Below are positions 1 to 8,958 of a stretch of 24,060 nucleotides of DNA, piece by piece. Location of the stretch: NCBI GenBank assembly GCA_041736305.1, contig JBGSTX010000019.1, positions 1 through 24,060 on the forward strand, written 5' to 3'. The notes under the pieces are model-generated. The model had not been told where the DNA came from. It worked only from the letters and a program-made list of their open reading frames with translations, and ran no database searches. This stretch comes from Oligoflexus sp. Its GTDB lineage: Bacteria > Bdellovibrionota_B > Oligoflexia > Oligoflexales > Oligoflexaceae. Within the stretch, counting starts at the first letter, position 1. Each line of letters begins with the position of its first letter. A program made the translations under genes and the position numbers.

Positions 1-555
1 GAAAGAAAAAAAATGTTTCGCACTTGCTGGTCTGATACTGTCGAAAAAATCAGCCCTGCAAAGCTTGGTTACTCCACACCGACCTATTGGTACCTGCGTT
101 CAGCCTGCTTAGCACAAGAAGCTCAGGTTGGCACTTCTGCTGAGCGTCTCGCCAACTTGCCTAAGCTCAATGAAGCTCTCACGAAGGGCTTGGCCGTCGC
201 CGGGGGGGCCAATTATGAAGGCGGTGGAATCTTAAGAGTGAAAGCTGCAGTTAAGGGTAATCCAGAAGCGAAAGGCTTACCTGGAGGCCTCTATAATCCC
301 ACTGAAGCGCTGAAGCTGATCGATAACGCTATCGAAGCAGAAGCTTATGCGGGCAACGCTGAAGGCTTTCTCTTCTGCGATAACTTTCGTCGTAAGATTG
401 AAATCTTGAATACCCTCGGTCGGAAGAGCGAAGCCAAAGAATTGGCGACTAGTACCCAATCTGATTTCACCAGCTATCTCTCTGAAGGCCTTATTCCCGA
501 GTTTATTCGAGCTGAAACTGATGGCTGCATCAAAGAGCTGAAAAAACTTGACTGA
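1..555 (+). CDS. TatT-like/TPR helical protein, 5'-truncated by the window edge
   Basis: Frame is open from position 1. The pattern YWY..ACLAQ...NYEGGGILRV...PGG...EALKLIDNA resembles the C-terminal half of TatT-component/TPR proteins. Family is recognised from motifs only. Confidence 0.5.
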   Translation, partial: ERKKMFRTCWSDTVEKISPAKLGYSTPTYWYLRSACLAQEAQVGTSAERLANLPKLNEALTKGLAVAGGANYEGGGILRVKAAVKGNPEAKGLPGGLYNPTEALKLIDNAIEAEAYAGNAEGFLFCDNFRRKIEILNTLGRKSEAKELATSTQSDFTSYLSEGLIPEFIRAETDGCIKELKKLD

Positions 556-574
556 TCGCCAAAATTTTCTTGTC

Positions 575-607
575 GGGAGGGAGGGAATCTCTGGTTCCCT
601 CCCTCTC
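575..607 (+). terminator. Intergenic stem-loop (terminator or mRNA-stabilising hairpin)
   Basis: Perfect 11-bp stem GAGGGAGGGAA (577-587) / TTCCCTCCCTC (595-605), 7-nt loop, ~20 nt after a stop codon. No clear U-tract. Confidence 0.55.
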
Positions 608-662
608 TAGCGTGGAGACTTTTTCGGACATACGGATGACGCCGACCAAAAGGATTTTCTAG

Positions 663-1889
663 ATGCTCAAATTTCACCTCTTCTTCTTCACGCTGCTTTT
701 CAGCGCTGAAGCAGCTCATGCATTCGAGTCGACTCGGACTTTGCCGGCTGGGGTACGAAACATCAATATCCGGGGCCTCTACACCACGGCCAGCAGTAAA
801 ACTAACAAATCAGGCGACCGTGAACCTCTTGCTGAACCTCTATGGCGACCTTTAAGGTTTCGAAACGTACTCGATGGCGAGGAGGGCTTAAAACGAACCC
901 AGCTCGCAGCATTTCTCGCCTCTCAGGGTTTCGGCAACGAAGAAACAGTCGGCGACTTCTATGCGAATCTCAATGCTCAGATAAATGTTTGGGCTCCCAT
1001 TTTTGCTTGGGGTATCAGTGAACGTCTTACTCTTGCGGGTGCCCTACCCTATTACAGCGCCAGTACCGATATCAAAGTAGGCTTTAGGACCAACGTGGGA
1101 GCCGATCGTTTTATTGCAGCTTTGACTACCAATAGTATGAACAATTTTCAGTCTGCGATAGAAGCCAGCGAAAAATTTCAAAATGCTGTGGTCCGGCTCA
1201 ACGAACGTCTCGAAGAAAATAACTATGAGCCGCTCGATCGTTGGAATCAGGAAGCCTTCGGTGACCTGACTCTCGCGGCCAAGTACCTTCACTACAACGG
1301 TGAACGCGTTAAATTTGCGTCGCAAGGCGGTATAGTAGCCCCTACCGGACGCGTGGATAGTCCCGACCTTTTGACTGATCTTCCTTTCGGAGATGGGCAG
1401 TGGGATATTTTTGCTGCCTTGTTAGCAGATCAGTACGTACTGCCCTCGCTCTTTGTAAATCAATTCTTCCGCTACACCTATCAGGCTCCTGACAGGCGTT
1501 CTGTTCGCTGGAAGACCTACGACGAGACTGTTTTGGCACCGAAGCGGGAGACAGATTTCAAGCTAGGTGACAAGATTGATGCCGGCCTATCGTTTCAGTT
1601 CGAGCAAGAATCCACAGGGATCACTGGAGGACTCGGCGGGCTCTACTTCCGAAAGTTCGGCGATCGCTATACGGTCGATGAACTTGCAATCAAAAGCGAA
1701 CTTCAGCGAGCCACTGATCAAGATGCTCTCTACTGGCAAGCACGGCTAGGCTACTCAACGGTTGCGGCATACCAAAGAAAGGAATTTGCTGCTCCTTTGA
1801 CAGCCTCCCTCGAATATCGGCGCCAGTATGCGAGTCGCAACGTGCCCATCACTGATTTCACCCAGCTAGATATCAATCTCTTTTTTTGA
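663..1889 (+). CDS. Outer-membrane beta-barrel protein (SphA/MetA-pathway-like transporter fold)
   Basis: Sec signal peptide (…AEAAHA-FE), alternating amphipathic strands, GDLTLAAKY and APTG…FGDGQWD motifs typical of this barrel family, C-terminal aromatic BAM signal (DINLFF). Confidence 0.7.
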   Translation: MLKFHLFFFTLLFSAEAAHAFESTRTLPAGVRNINIRGLYTTASSKTNKSGDREPLAEPLWRPLRFRNVLDGEEGLKRTQLAAFLASQGFGNEETVGDFYANLNAQINVWAPIFAWGISERLTLAGALPYYSASTDIKVGFRTNVGADRFIAALTTNSMNNFQSAIEASEKFQNAVVRLNERLEENNYEPLDRWNQEAFGDLTLAAKYLHYNGERVKFASQGGIVAPTGRVDSPDLLTDLPFGDGQWDIFAALLADQYVLPSLFVNQFFRYTYQAPDRRSVRWKTYDETVLAPKRETDFKLGDKIDAGLSFQFEQESTGITGGLGGLYFRKFGDRYTVDELAIKSELQRATDQDALYWQARLGYSTVAAYQRKEFAAPLTASLEYRRQYASRNVPITDFTQLDINLFF

Positions 1890-1901
1890 GGGGAGACTTC
1901 C

Positions 1902-3857
1902 ATGAACGACTATCGCCTCTTGTTCTTAGGCGCCCTGGCTTTGTGGGCTTGCTCCTGCGGCAGATGGGCGAGCGCCCATGATCAAACTGTTGAGACCCTC
2001 GCGATACCCAAGTATCCAAAGGTAAGCGACGATGTTTTCAGTTTGAGCAGCAGAAAACCTGATACAACTTATCGGGCGACTATGCTTTTCATCCACGAGG
2101 GTGCAGATCCCATGCTACTAGGCGAAGTGCTCAATGCCTCCGTCTATTCCCGTGAAGTTTTTGCGAATGCACGGCGCTTCGAGCTTGTGAATGATTATAA
2201 AAATCTTTACAGCGATACGGGGCTTGAACCGCAAACTGTCACCTTGATGAAAAAAGATCTCAACACTTTCGAACTGAGCCAGCTCCAAAAGAATCCGATG
2301 ACCATCGAAGAGCGCAAGACCAAGATCAAGGATTGGTTTGATCAGAAGGTTGGCTCTCTTCCGTTTGATGCGGCGCAACGAAGGTCTTTCGATGACGCCT
2401 GGGGCGCTTACTGTGAAGCTAAGATTGTAGAGCTGGCATCGAACTCAGTGTTCGCCGCCTCTAGCTACAAAGAACTTCCGACCCCTCAAGGTCTTTGTTC
2501 AGACTACTACGCATCGGCAGGGCTCTTAGCAGGGGCCAGCTGCCAAAATCCTAAGGAAGGAAACTATTTCACCTGTCTCTGGCAAGAGGGCGTTGGGAAA
2601 ACCCGCTGGTTCCAGGCGTCAGCAGAACTCACTGCTGAAGCCTCGTCGGCGATGGCGCAAAAAAAATCCCAGCTGCAGGAACTTCTCAAAGTGCCGTCTA
2701 ACTTTCAAAAAGTTTTGGCTCTCGATCCCACAATGGTATCGATCAACAGCAACCCTGTAAAAAACAAGATTACTCCAAATTTTTTCACCAGTATCTTTAC
2801 TCAGCAGCTAGTTAAGGAGCCAGGCAATAACGTGGCGTGGTGTTCCGTCCCGCCCTTTGGAATTAAAGATCGCAAGCTGAGCGGCATTTGTACTCTCTTT
2901 GGCCTTGCCCCTCTTGAGCATAGCCCAGCAGAGTGGATAAATTCCTTAGAAGGCCGCAGTAGCGAAAATGAACTTTTTACCATTCCGCCTCCGACTGATG
3001 TAACTCTCGCACGCTTTGAAGATTTTGTTCGCTATCTAGGCGAGCGAGACAAGGGCCGAAGCAGCGAAGGAGACCGCCTGTTTCATGCTCCCTTGCAGAG
3101 TCCTAAACCGCTGGTAGCCCCAATCTTTAACGATGCAGGGGAAGAGTTTCTCGACCGCCTCGACAGCGTGAAAGCTGAACTTTCATCAGTCATTTATGGG
3201 AGTCTCGACGAAACTGCTCTGGCTGAGAAAGACTTTCGCTCGAAAAACATCAGCTATCGTGAAGCAAAAATTGCTGAGATGCAGGATGAGAGCAAGGTGC
3301 TCGAGGCTGAAACAGAAAGGGCTCTCAGTCGCGGTCTCAAGGCGACGAACGCGCCAGGTGTCGCGCATGCTTTCGTCGAAATTCGCTTTCACTTTCGACA
3401 GGTGGGTTCGATTTTGGTAGGCGAATTCTGGCCAAAAGATGCCGAAGTTGGCAATCAAGCGGCGGGCTTATTCCGAGGCTGCTTCGATCTCAGCCAGCAA
3501 GAGACTATCGACTGCCCCGCTGAGCTGGCTTCTGGCGACAGCAGTGATATCAGGGTATTCCCTGCGCAGCTGAATCGAGATCCCGAAACAGGCCAGATAA
3601 ACTTGGCGATGAAAGTCGAGGACCCAGACGCAGCTTCTTTGATTCTCAAACCTAGAATGGAAGTAGAGCCTGGAGAAACTCCTAACTATTTTATGGATTT
3701 AGATTCATCGGCCTTCAAGGGACGTCAGTTGCGATTTGAACTTTTTCCAAACCGACTTCAGGACTCGCTCGATATTCTTACAGGTAAAGTATTTCTTGAA
3801 GACGAGACACGCGCCGTTTTTGAGGGGGGCATATCCGGTTGGGAGCTCTGGGACTGA
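1902..3857 (+). CDS. Large hypothetical lipoprotein with paired cysteines and a coiled-coil segment
   Basis: RBS GAGGGAG before the ATG, lipobox-like LALWACSC, 651-aa ORF starting 12 nt after the barrel gene. Confidence 0.7.
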   Translation: MNDYRLLFLGALALWACSCGRWASAHDQTVETLAIPKYPKVSDDVFSLSSRKPDTTYRATMLFIHEGADPMLLGEVLNASVYSREVFANARRFELVNDYKNLYSDTGLEPQTVTLMKKDLNTFELSQLQKNPMTIEERKTKIKDWFDQKVGSLPFDAAQRRSFDDAWGAYCEAKIVELASNSVFAASSYKELPTPQGLCSDYYASAGLLAGASCQNPKEGNYFTCLWQEGVGKTRWFQASAELTAEASSAMAQKKSQLQELLKVPSNFQKVLALDPTMVSINSNPVKNKITPNFFTSIFTQQLVKEPGNNVAWCSVPPFGIKDRKLSGICTLFGLAPLEHSPAEWINSLEGRSSENELFTIPPPTDVTLARFEDFVRYLGERDKGRSSEGDRLFHAPLQSPKPLVAPIFNDAGEEFLDRLDSVKAELSSVIYGSLDETALAEKDFRSKNISYREAKIAEMQDESKVLEAETERALSRGLKATNAPGVAHAFVEIRFHFRQVGSILVGEFWPKDAEVGNQAAGLFRGCFDLSQQETIDCPAELASGDSSDIRVFPAQLNRDPETGQINLAMKVEDPDAASLILKPRMEVEPGETPNYFMDLDSSAFKGRQLRFELFPNRLQDSLDILTGKVFLEDETRAVFEGGISGWELWD

Positions 3858-3885
3858 TCTTTCGATGATGACTAGCTTTTATCAG

Positions 3886-3913
3886 CAAGGATCGCCATTC
3901 CTGGCGATCCTTG
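3886..3913 (+). terminator. Perfect intergenic hairpin
   Basis: CAAGGATCGCCA (3886-3897) / TGGCGATCCTTG (3902-3913), 12-bp stem with a 4-nt loop. No U-tract. Confidence 0.55.
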
Positions 3914-3991
3914 GATTGCCTATCCAACCAAATCGAAGCTATGATGCCTTCCTCAAAGCCCTCTCTAAGGCTCGGTTCAGTGGGGATAAAC

Positions 3992-4993
3992 ATGCCAAAT
4001 CTCAAGCGCAAAGCCAAAATTATCGGAACGGGAATGTACGTTCCGCCCAAGCAGGTTCCAAATATTGAACTTGAAAAGCTTATGGATACCTCAGATGAGT
4101 GGATTCGGCAGAGATCCGGCATCGAAACCCGGCACGTTATCGATGGTCAAGGGACTTGCGATTTGGCGTACGAAGCGTCTCTATCTGCCCTCAAAGCAGC
4201 AGGACGTACTGCGGCCGATATCGACCTCATCATCCTTGCGACTCTATCACCTGATATGCAGTTTCCAGGAACGTCCGCCCTCCTTCAAAGCCGTCTCGGC
4301 CTAGAGACCACGCCTGCTATGGATCTTCGCTGTCAATGCTCCGGCTTCATCTACGCCTTGAATGTAGGCAAGCTCTTCATCGAATCGGGGCAGTATGAAC
4401 GCGTTCTGATAGTTGGTGCTGAAGCGCATTCACCCCTCCTGGATTTTACTACCCGTGGGCGCGATGTGGCCGTACTCTTCGGCGACGGTGCGGGCGCAGC
4501 TGTGCTGGAAGCTAGTAACGATGGGCAAGGCATTGGCTCGGTAATTCTACATGCCCAAGGTCAGCACGCAGACCGACTGTGTATGAGTCGACCCGGAACT
4601 AAAGATGGTCTCTGGTTGACTGAGGCCCATCTCAAGCAGGGCTTGCAATATCCTTCGATGGACGGACGTTACGTTTTTAAACACGCAATCGAAAGGCTGC
4701 GAGAGGTTATCACTGAAGTCCTTGAAAAGGAGCAGCTGGGCCTCGACGCTATCGATCATTTTCTTTTTCATCAGGCGAATATTCGAATCAATGAAAAAGT
4801 AGCAGAGCTGATGCAAATTCCTGCTCATAAGATCCATAGCAACATTCAAAAGTATGGGAATTGCTCTGCCGCATCGATTCCGATGCTCCTCGATGAAACC
4901 TTGCGAGCTGGTAAAGTTAAAAAAGGGCAAAAAGTATTAGCAGCAGCCTTTGGCGCTGGCTTTACTTGGGCTGGCGCGGTCCTACAGTTTTAG
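3992..4993 (+). CDS. fabH: 3-oxoacyl-ACP synthase III
   Basis: DTSDEWIRQRSGI, catalytic Cys in QCSGF, LFGDGAGA, HQAN, YGNCSAAS, AFGAGFTW. Start reassigned to ATG 3992 (GGGGA RBS). Confidence 0.95.
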   Translation: MPNLKRKAKIIGTGMYVPPKQVPNIELEKLMDTSDEWIRQRSGIETRHVIDGQGTCDLAYEASLSALKAAGRTAADIDLIILATLSPDMQFPGTSALLQSRLGLETTPAMDLRCQCSGFIYALNVGKLFIESGQYERVLIVGAEAHSPLLDFTTRGRDVAVLFGDGAGAAVLEASNDGQGIGSVILHAQGQHADRLCMSRPGTKDGLWLTEAHLKQGLQYPSMDGRYVFKHAIERLREVITEVLEKEQLGLDAIDHFLFHQANIRINEKVAELMQIPAHKIHSNIQKYGNCSAASIPMLLDETLRAGKVKKGQKVLAAAFGAGFTWAGAVLQF

Positions 4994-4995
4994 TT

Positions 4996-5412
4996 TCAGC
5001 GGGTAAAAAGCAAAAGGCACATCGAGAATCCGATAGCTGCCGACAATCCAAATACGACCGTCAGAAGGCCATAAGTCACGAGGCGTTGGGGAAAGGTCGA
5101 ACTTAGGTAGATAGCTTCAGACACAGGGTCCAGGCGTTTCTTATGGACGGGCACTTCTGAGAAGAACTCGGGCCTCAGTAAAACCTTCGAAGAAATCACA
5201 CTCAGGTGAGTCGGTTGCTTCGGAGCTGCCGGGCGCTTAGGTTCCGCTGCATCTTCAAGCTTTTTCTGTGGCATCATTCTATAAGTTTCGCTGGCGCACA
5301 CTGGACAAACGCCCTTCAAAGCGCGACGGTTATTCGAGAGAATGACTGTATGTCGACCCAATGTCTCTGTATGAGTCTTACATCGGACGCAGTACACTGA
5401 AGGGTATGACAT
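4996..5412 (-). CDS. DUF5679-like Zn-ribbon protein with C-terminal transmembrane helix
   Basis: YCVRCK…NNRRALKGVCPVCASETYR (two CxxC pairs in DUF5679 spacing) and a hydrophobic C-terminal helix. Start is ATG 5412 or GTG 5430. Confidence 0.7.
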   Translation of the reverse strand: MSYPSVYCVRCKTHTETLGRHTVILSNNRRALKGVCPVCASETYRMMPQKKLEDAAEPKRPAAPKQPTHLSVISSKVLLRPEFFSEVPVHKKRLDPVSEAIYLSSTFPQRLVTYGLLTVVFGLSAAIGFSMCLLLFTR

Positions 5413-5502
5413 AATTGGAACTCCCGCCACTTTTGGCTAGGCGCAAAAGCCGCGCCTGGGAGTTAAATGCAAGTCTCAAGCCTTCTGAGCCAGATTATAA
5501 AA

Positions 5503-5516
5503 TTGAATTATATCAA
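5503..5516. promoter_or_regulatory. FNR/Dnr-type box candidate
   Basis: TTGAA-TTAT-ATCAA is a 9/10 match to TTGAT-N4-ATCAA. A minus-strand TATAAT lies next to it at 5494-5499. Confidence 0.35.
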
Positions 5517-5581
5517 TGTGATACAATCAGCCCTTCATCTAAGAGCCGTCATCTTTTTCGACATTTACCAAGAAGTTCTCT

Positions 5582-6034
5582 TTAGACGGACTTTGGGACC
5601 TCGACCATACTAAGCCGCCCCCTGATGCTTTGAGGATCCTTTATGAGTTCGGCTAGAGTAATTTGATCGAGTACCTGGATAAAAGCTTCCAAAGCTTTTT
5701 CAAAAGCCGTCTGCAGATGACAAATCCCCATTAAAGGACAGGTATTGGTTTCCTCATCAAAACAGCTTGCGAGTTTAAGATTCGGCTCGGTGCGACGGAA
5801 GACTTCACCGAGATTTATCTCACTGGGATCCTTCGCCAGACGCACTCCTCCCGAGCGTCCCCGGACAGAGCGAACAAATCCGAGCCGAACCAGATGTTGA
5901 ACGACTTTGACCAGATGATTTTCCGAAATGTGATAAGCATCGCTAATATTGCGAATCTGGGTGAGATCGCCGCTGTTGCAGGCTAGGTACATCAGAACCC
6001 GAAACGAATAGTCAGAGTAAAGTGAAATTTCCAT
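5582..6034 (-). CDS. nsrR: Rrf2-family transcriptional regulator, NsrR-like [Fe-S] sensor
   Basis: YSDYSFRVLMYLA, ISENHLVKVV, RGRSGG, and three Cys in CFDEETNTCPLMGIC. Confidence 0.85.
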   Translation of the reverse strand: MEISLYSDYSFRVLMYLACNSGDLTQIRNISDAYHISENHLVKVVQHLVRLGFVRSVRGRSGGVRLAKDPSEINLGEVFRRTEPNLKLASCFDEETNTCPLMGICHLQTAFEKALEAFIQVLDQITLAELIKDPQSIRGRLSMVEVPKSV

Positions 6035-6366
6035 AGGCCTTCCCTAACTGCGCAGACCACGCGATGAAGTCGAACTTGATTTACGTGCAAGTCCTCCGCG
6101 AGCGATACTCCGGTACCATCGCTTTTTGTTGCACACCTCTCCGTATGAAAGAAAGTACTTTTCTTAATATAATTGGGAAGATTTCTTTGATAAGCGCGTT
6201 AACCAACGTCCGACCCTTTGAGCTAGGCCGATTTTGTCAGATTAGACTATGAATTTAAGGACGCGCTCAATCCTACCCACCGGTCTTTATAATTCGGTGA
6301 ATAGAGTTCATCTTATTGTTTTTATTATTTAATTTAGCGCAAGCGAAATTTTTTCGATCAAGAACT

Positions 6367-6392
6367 TAAACTGGCACCCAAGCAGCCGATAG
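6367..6392 (+). promoter_or_regulatory. Weak sigma-28 (FliA)-type promoter candidate
   Basis: TAAA-N14-GCCGATAG just upstream of ATG 6400. The spacer is one base short of consensus. Confidence 0.35.
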
Positions 6393-6399
6393 TGAGCTT

Positions 6400-7656
6400 A
6401 TGAAACATTTACTACCAACAAAACCAGAAAATGAAAAAGAGAGGCTTGAGCTTCTCTATGCCTGCTCCTTACTCGATACTCCGCCTGAACCTGAGTATGA
6501 CGACTATACCTTTCTTGCAGCTCAAATATTCGAAACTCCCGTCGCTCTGATCAGCCTCGTTGACGAAAACCGGCAGTGGTTTAAGTCCAAGGTGGGGACC
6601 CAACTCTCAGAAACGCCTCGAGACTTAGCCTTTTGTGCTTTTGCGATCCTGAGTAAGAAAACGTTCATTATTGAAGACACTCACTTGGATGAGCGCTTTG
6701 CTAACCATCCTTTGGTTGTTTCTCCCCCACATATTCGATTTTATGCGGGAGCTCCATTATCGACTCCGAGTGGACATATTCTCGGTACACTCTGCGTTCT
6801 TTCCAACGAAGCGCAAAAAACCCCTGAAGAGAAAATTGCTGTTCTTGAAGCTCTCGCTCGCCAATTAACGGCAAAAATAATTGGTCGGATCGAAAGCCGT
6901 AAAATGGAAGAAGCGCTCCAGATTATTGCCCATCAACAGAGTAAGCTCCTGGCGTCGGCTCGACTCTCCTCTTTAGGTGAAATGTCAGCTGGAATTTCGC
7001 ATGAAATCAACAACCCGCTGGCCATTATTCAAGGCAAACTACGCAAGATCGAACGTCTGCTTAGTGATAATCCACTAGTTCTGGCTGAAATTGAGCGCAT
7101 CGATGCGGCGGCATCGCGAATTGCTAAGACGGTTAAAGGTCTCCGAGAATTTGCCCGCGATGGTGGCCATGATTCTTTCGAGATAGTCGACCTTTCGAAA
7201 TTGATTATGCAGGCCATCGAACTCACTTCAACGCGCGCTCACCAGCTGCACATTGCCCTCATAAGCAAAGATACAGCGGCTCCGATCAGCGTAGAGTGCC
7301 GCAGCATCCAAATTGTTCAGGTCCTGATCAATCTCATTAACAATGCTTTTGATGCTCTTAAAGATGTTGAAGTGAGGACCTTAACGATCTCTGCGTCGGA
7401 GAGTGCTGACTTTGTCGAGATAGCTGTATCCGACAGCGGGCATGGTATTCCAAAAGAGATTCAAGACAAGATCATGGAGCCCTTTTTTACTACTAAAGAC
7501 GTAGGTCTCGGTGGCTCTGGCTTGGGCTTGAGTATTGCTAAGGGACTAGTGGAAAGCCACAAAGGAAGCCTCAGCCTCGACACCACGCGCACCGATACTT
7601 CCTTTAAAGTTCGCCTCCCCAAGTTGCAAACGGTAGCCTTCGCCAAGGGGGCTTAG
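6400..7656 (+). CDS. Cytoplasmic GAF-domain sensor histidine kinase
   Basis: GAF (ISLVDENRQWFKS…IRFYAGAPL), H-box HEINNPL, N-box NLINNAFDA, G1 DSGHGI, F-box PFFTTK, G2 GSGLGL. No TM segment. Confidence 0.93.
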   Translation: MKHLLPTKPENEKERLELLYACSLLDTPPEPEYDDYTFLAAQIFETPVALISLVDENRQWFKSKVGTQLSETPRDLAFCAFAILSKKTFIIEDTHLDERFANHPLVVSPPHIRFYAGAPLSTPSGHILGTLCVLSNEAQKTPEEKIAVLEALARQLTAKIIGRIESRKMEEALQIIAHQQSKLLASARLSSLGEMSAGISHEINNPLAIIQGKLRKIERLLSDNPLVLAEIERIDAAASRIAKTVKGLREFARDGGHDSFEIVDLSKLIMQAIELTSTRAHQLHIALISKDTAAPISVECRSIQIVQVLINLINNAFDALKDVEVRTLTISASESADFVEIAVSDSGHGIPKEIQDKIMEPFFTTKDVGLGGSGLGLSIAKGLVESHKGSLSLDTTRTDTSFKVRLPKLQTVAFAKGA

Positions 7657-7661
7657 AACTT

Positions 7662-8402
7662 ATGCAGAAAACAAGCGTTCTTTTAGTTGATGATGACCGC
7701 GACCTACTCGACATTTTCAGCTTTGACCTTGAGGAGGCCGGGTTCGTGGTAAGCCAGGCTCAAAGCGGAAATATCGCCTGGGACCTACTAAGCAAAAGCA
7801 ATTACGAACTTATCATTAGTGACCTCTATATGCCGGATGGCAATGGCCTTGATCTCCTCAGTCGAATCAAGAAAACGAGGCCCGAGCAGCCCTTTGCACT
7901 CTTCTTCAGTGAACCCGAATACGGTAAGATTGCAAATGCTTATGCGCTCGGAGCTAACGACCTGCTGTTCAAGCCTATAAGCGCCGAACTTCTCGTTTCT
8001 ACCGCACGTCGGCTGGTTTTAGCTCCATCTGAGCGCTGGACTAAAAAAGATCCGAGCCTGAAGCAAGGTCAGACCTTGCTCGCAGAAGCCACTGAGATGG
8101 ACTTCGGGCAAGGGGGAATGTTCCTGCGCGTACCAACAGCAGGGTTGCCAACCATGGGAACGCTTTTAGGCTTTAAAGTAGAGTTAAAAATTGGAGGGAA
8201 ACCCCCAGTTTATTTTGAGGGCGAGGGCTTGGTCCGCTGGCTCTCCAACGATGCGGGACTCCAAAATTCCTCTCTCCGAGGCATGGGTATTGAGTTCACT
8301 TATCTTGACGCAACTTCAAGGCAACTCTTTATTGAGTTCATTTCAAAACGCTCACCGAGCGCCTATATTCCCCACTTCCAAAACTTGCCAAAAATAGCTT
8401 GA
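7662..8402 (+). CDS. Response regulator with C-terminal PilZ-like domain
   Basis: REC: LLVDDD, ISDLYMPDGNG, KP. The C-terminus DFGQGGMFL…GEGLVRW…GMGIEF is PilZ-like. Confidence 0.85.
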   Translation: MQKTSVLLVDDDRDLLDIFSFDLEEAGFVVSQAQSGNIAWDLLSKSNYELIISDLYMPDGNGLDLLSRIKKTRPEQPFALFFSEPEYGKIANAYALGANDLLFKPISAELLVSTARRLVLAPSERWTKKDPSLKQGQTLLAEATEMDFGQGGMFLRVPTAGLPTMGTLLGFKVELKIGGKPPVYFEGEGLVRWLSNDAGLQNSSLRGMGIEFTYLDATSRQLFIEFISKRSPSAYIPHFQNLPKIA

Positions 8403-8529
8403 AAAAAGCTCATTCCAAAAATTTTCGGCAGGCTCTCATCTTCCGTAGCTCAACCTCGACACCTCTATCTTGATCGGTCGCGGATTCGGAGAGCCCTTTC
8501 GAAGCGAATACGTGGTTAACGGTTCGGTA

Positions 8530-8958
8530 CTATGAAGTCGTCTGAGATTTCCAGACGGAAAGCAGAAACTCCTTATAAAAAACATTCAGGCGAGGATCCT
8601 TAATTCCTCGCGTCTCCTCAAAGAGATCTTGTGCCTTCTTTGATAAGTCAAGAGTGTACCCCGCTTCCACTTCACCATGTCTAGCTGATAAGTTAAGTCG
8701 CCCCCCGACAAGTGTACAGTCAACAATCGTTACGTCGTGAACGCTGCTAATCTCTGCAGCGCGTTGGCGTATAGATGCTTCATCCGAGAGATCCATCGCT
8801 GTCACATGAGCTGGCAACGCAGGAGGAACAAACCTCTGATTTTCTAGGTTTTCTAGTCTCTCTTCATCCTTCTTTGCGCCGTCTAGAACATCATCGCAAG
8901 ACTGCACAAGGAGGAGACATGTAAGCAAGGGGATAACCTTTATTTTCAGTCTCAGCAT
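8530..8958 (-). CDS. Hypothetical lipoprotein
   Basis: Lipobox LVQSC after a hydrophobic leader. The ATG overlaps the upstream stop codon (TAATG). Confidence 0.7.
   Translation of the reverse strand: MLRLKIKVIPLLTCLLLVQSCDDVLDGAKKDEERLENLENQRFVPPALPAHVTAMDLSDEASIRQRAAEISSVHDVTIVDCTLVGGRLNLSARHGEVEAGYTLDLSKKAQDLFEETRGIKDPRLNVFYKEFLLSVWKSQTTS

Noticed and set aside
3911-3991. N-terminal extension of fabH given by the ORF track
   Set aside because: It starts inside a hairpin. ATG 3992 has an RBS and gives a normal FabH length.
6064-6252. 62-aa ORF in the Rrf2/kinase intergenic region
   Set aside because: No RBS or recognisable motif, and it lies in probable promoter DNA.
6372-6387. Sigma-54-like TGGCAC-N5-CAGC before the GAF kinase
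   Set aside because: The -12 element is poor (CAGC) and the implied +1 is almost at the ATG. The overlapping sigma-28 reading is at least as plausible.
8431-8495. tRNA-like fragments (TCTTCCGTAGCTCA, GGTCGCGGATTCG) inside a 7-bp closing stem GGCTCTC/GAGAGCC
   Set aside because: No consistent cloverleaf, anticodon arm or CCA. It is in the opposite orientation to tRNA-Asn, so it is not an att duplication.
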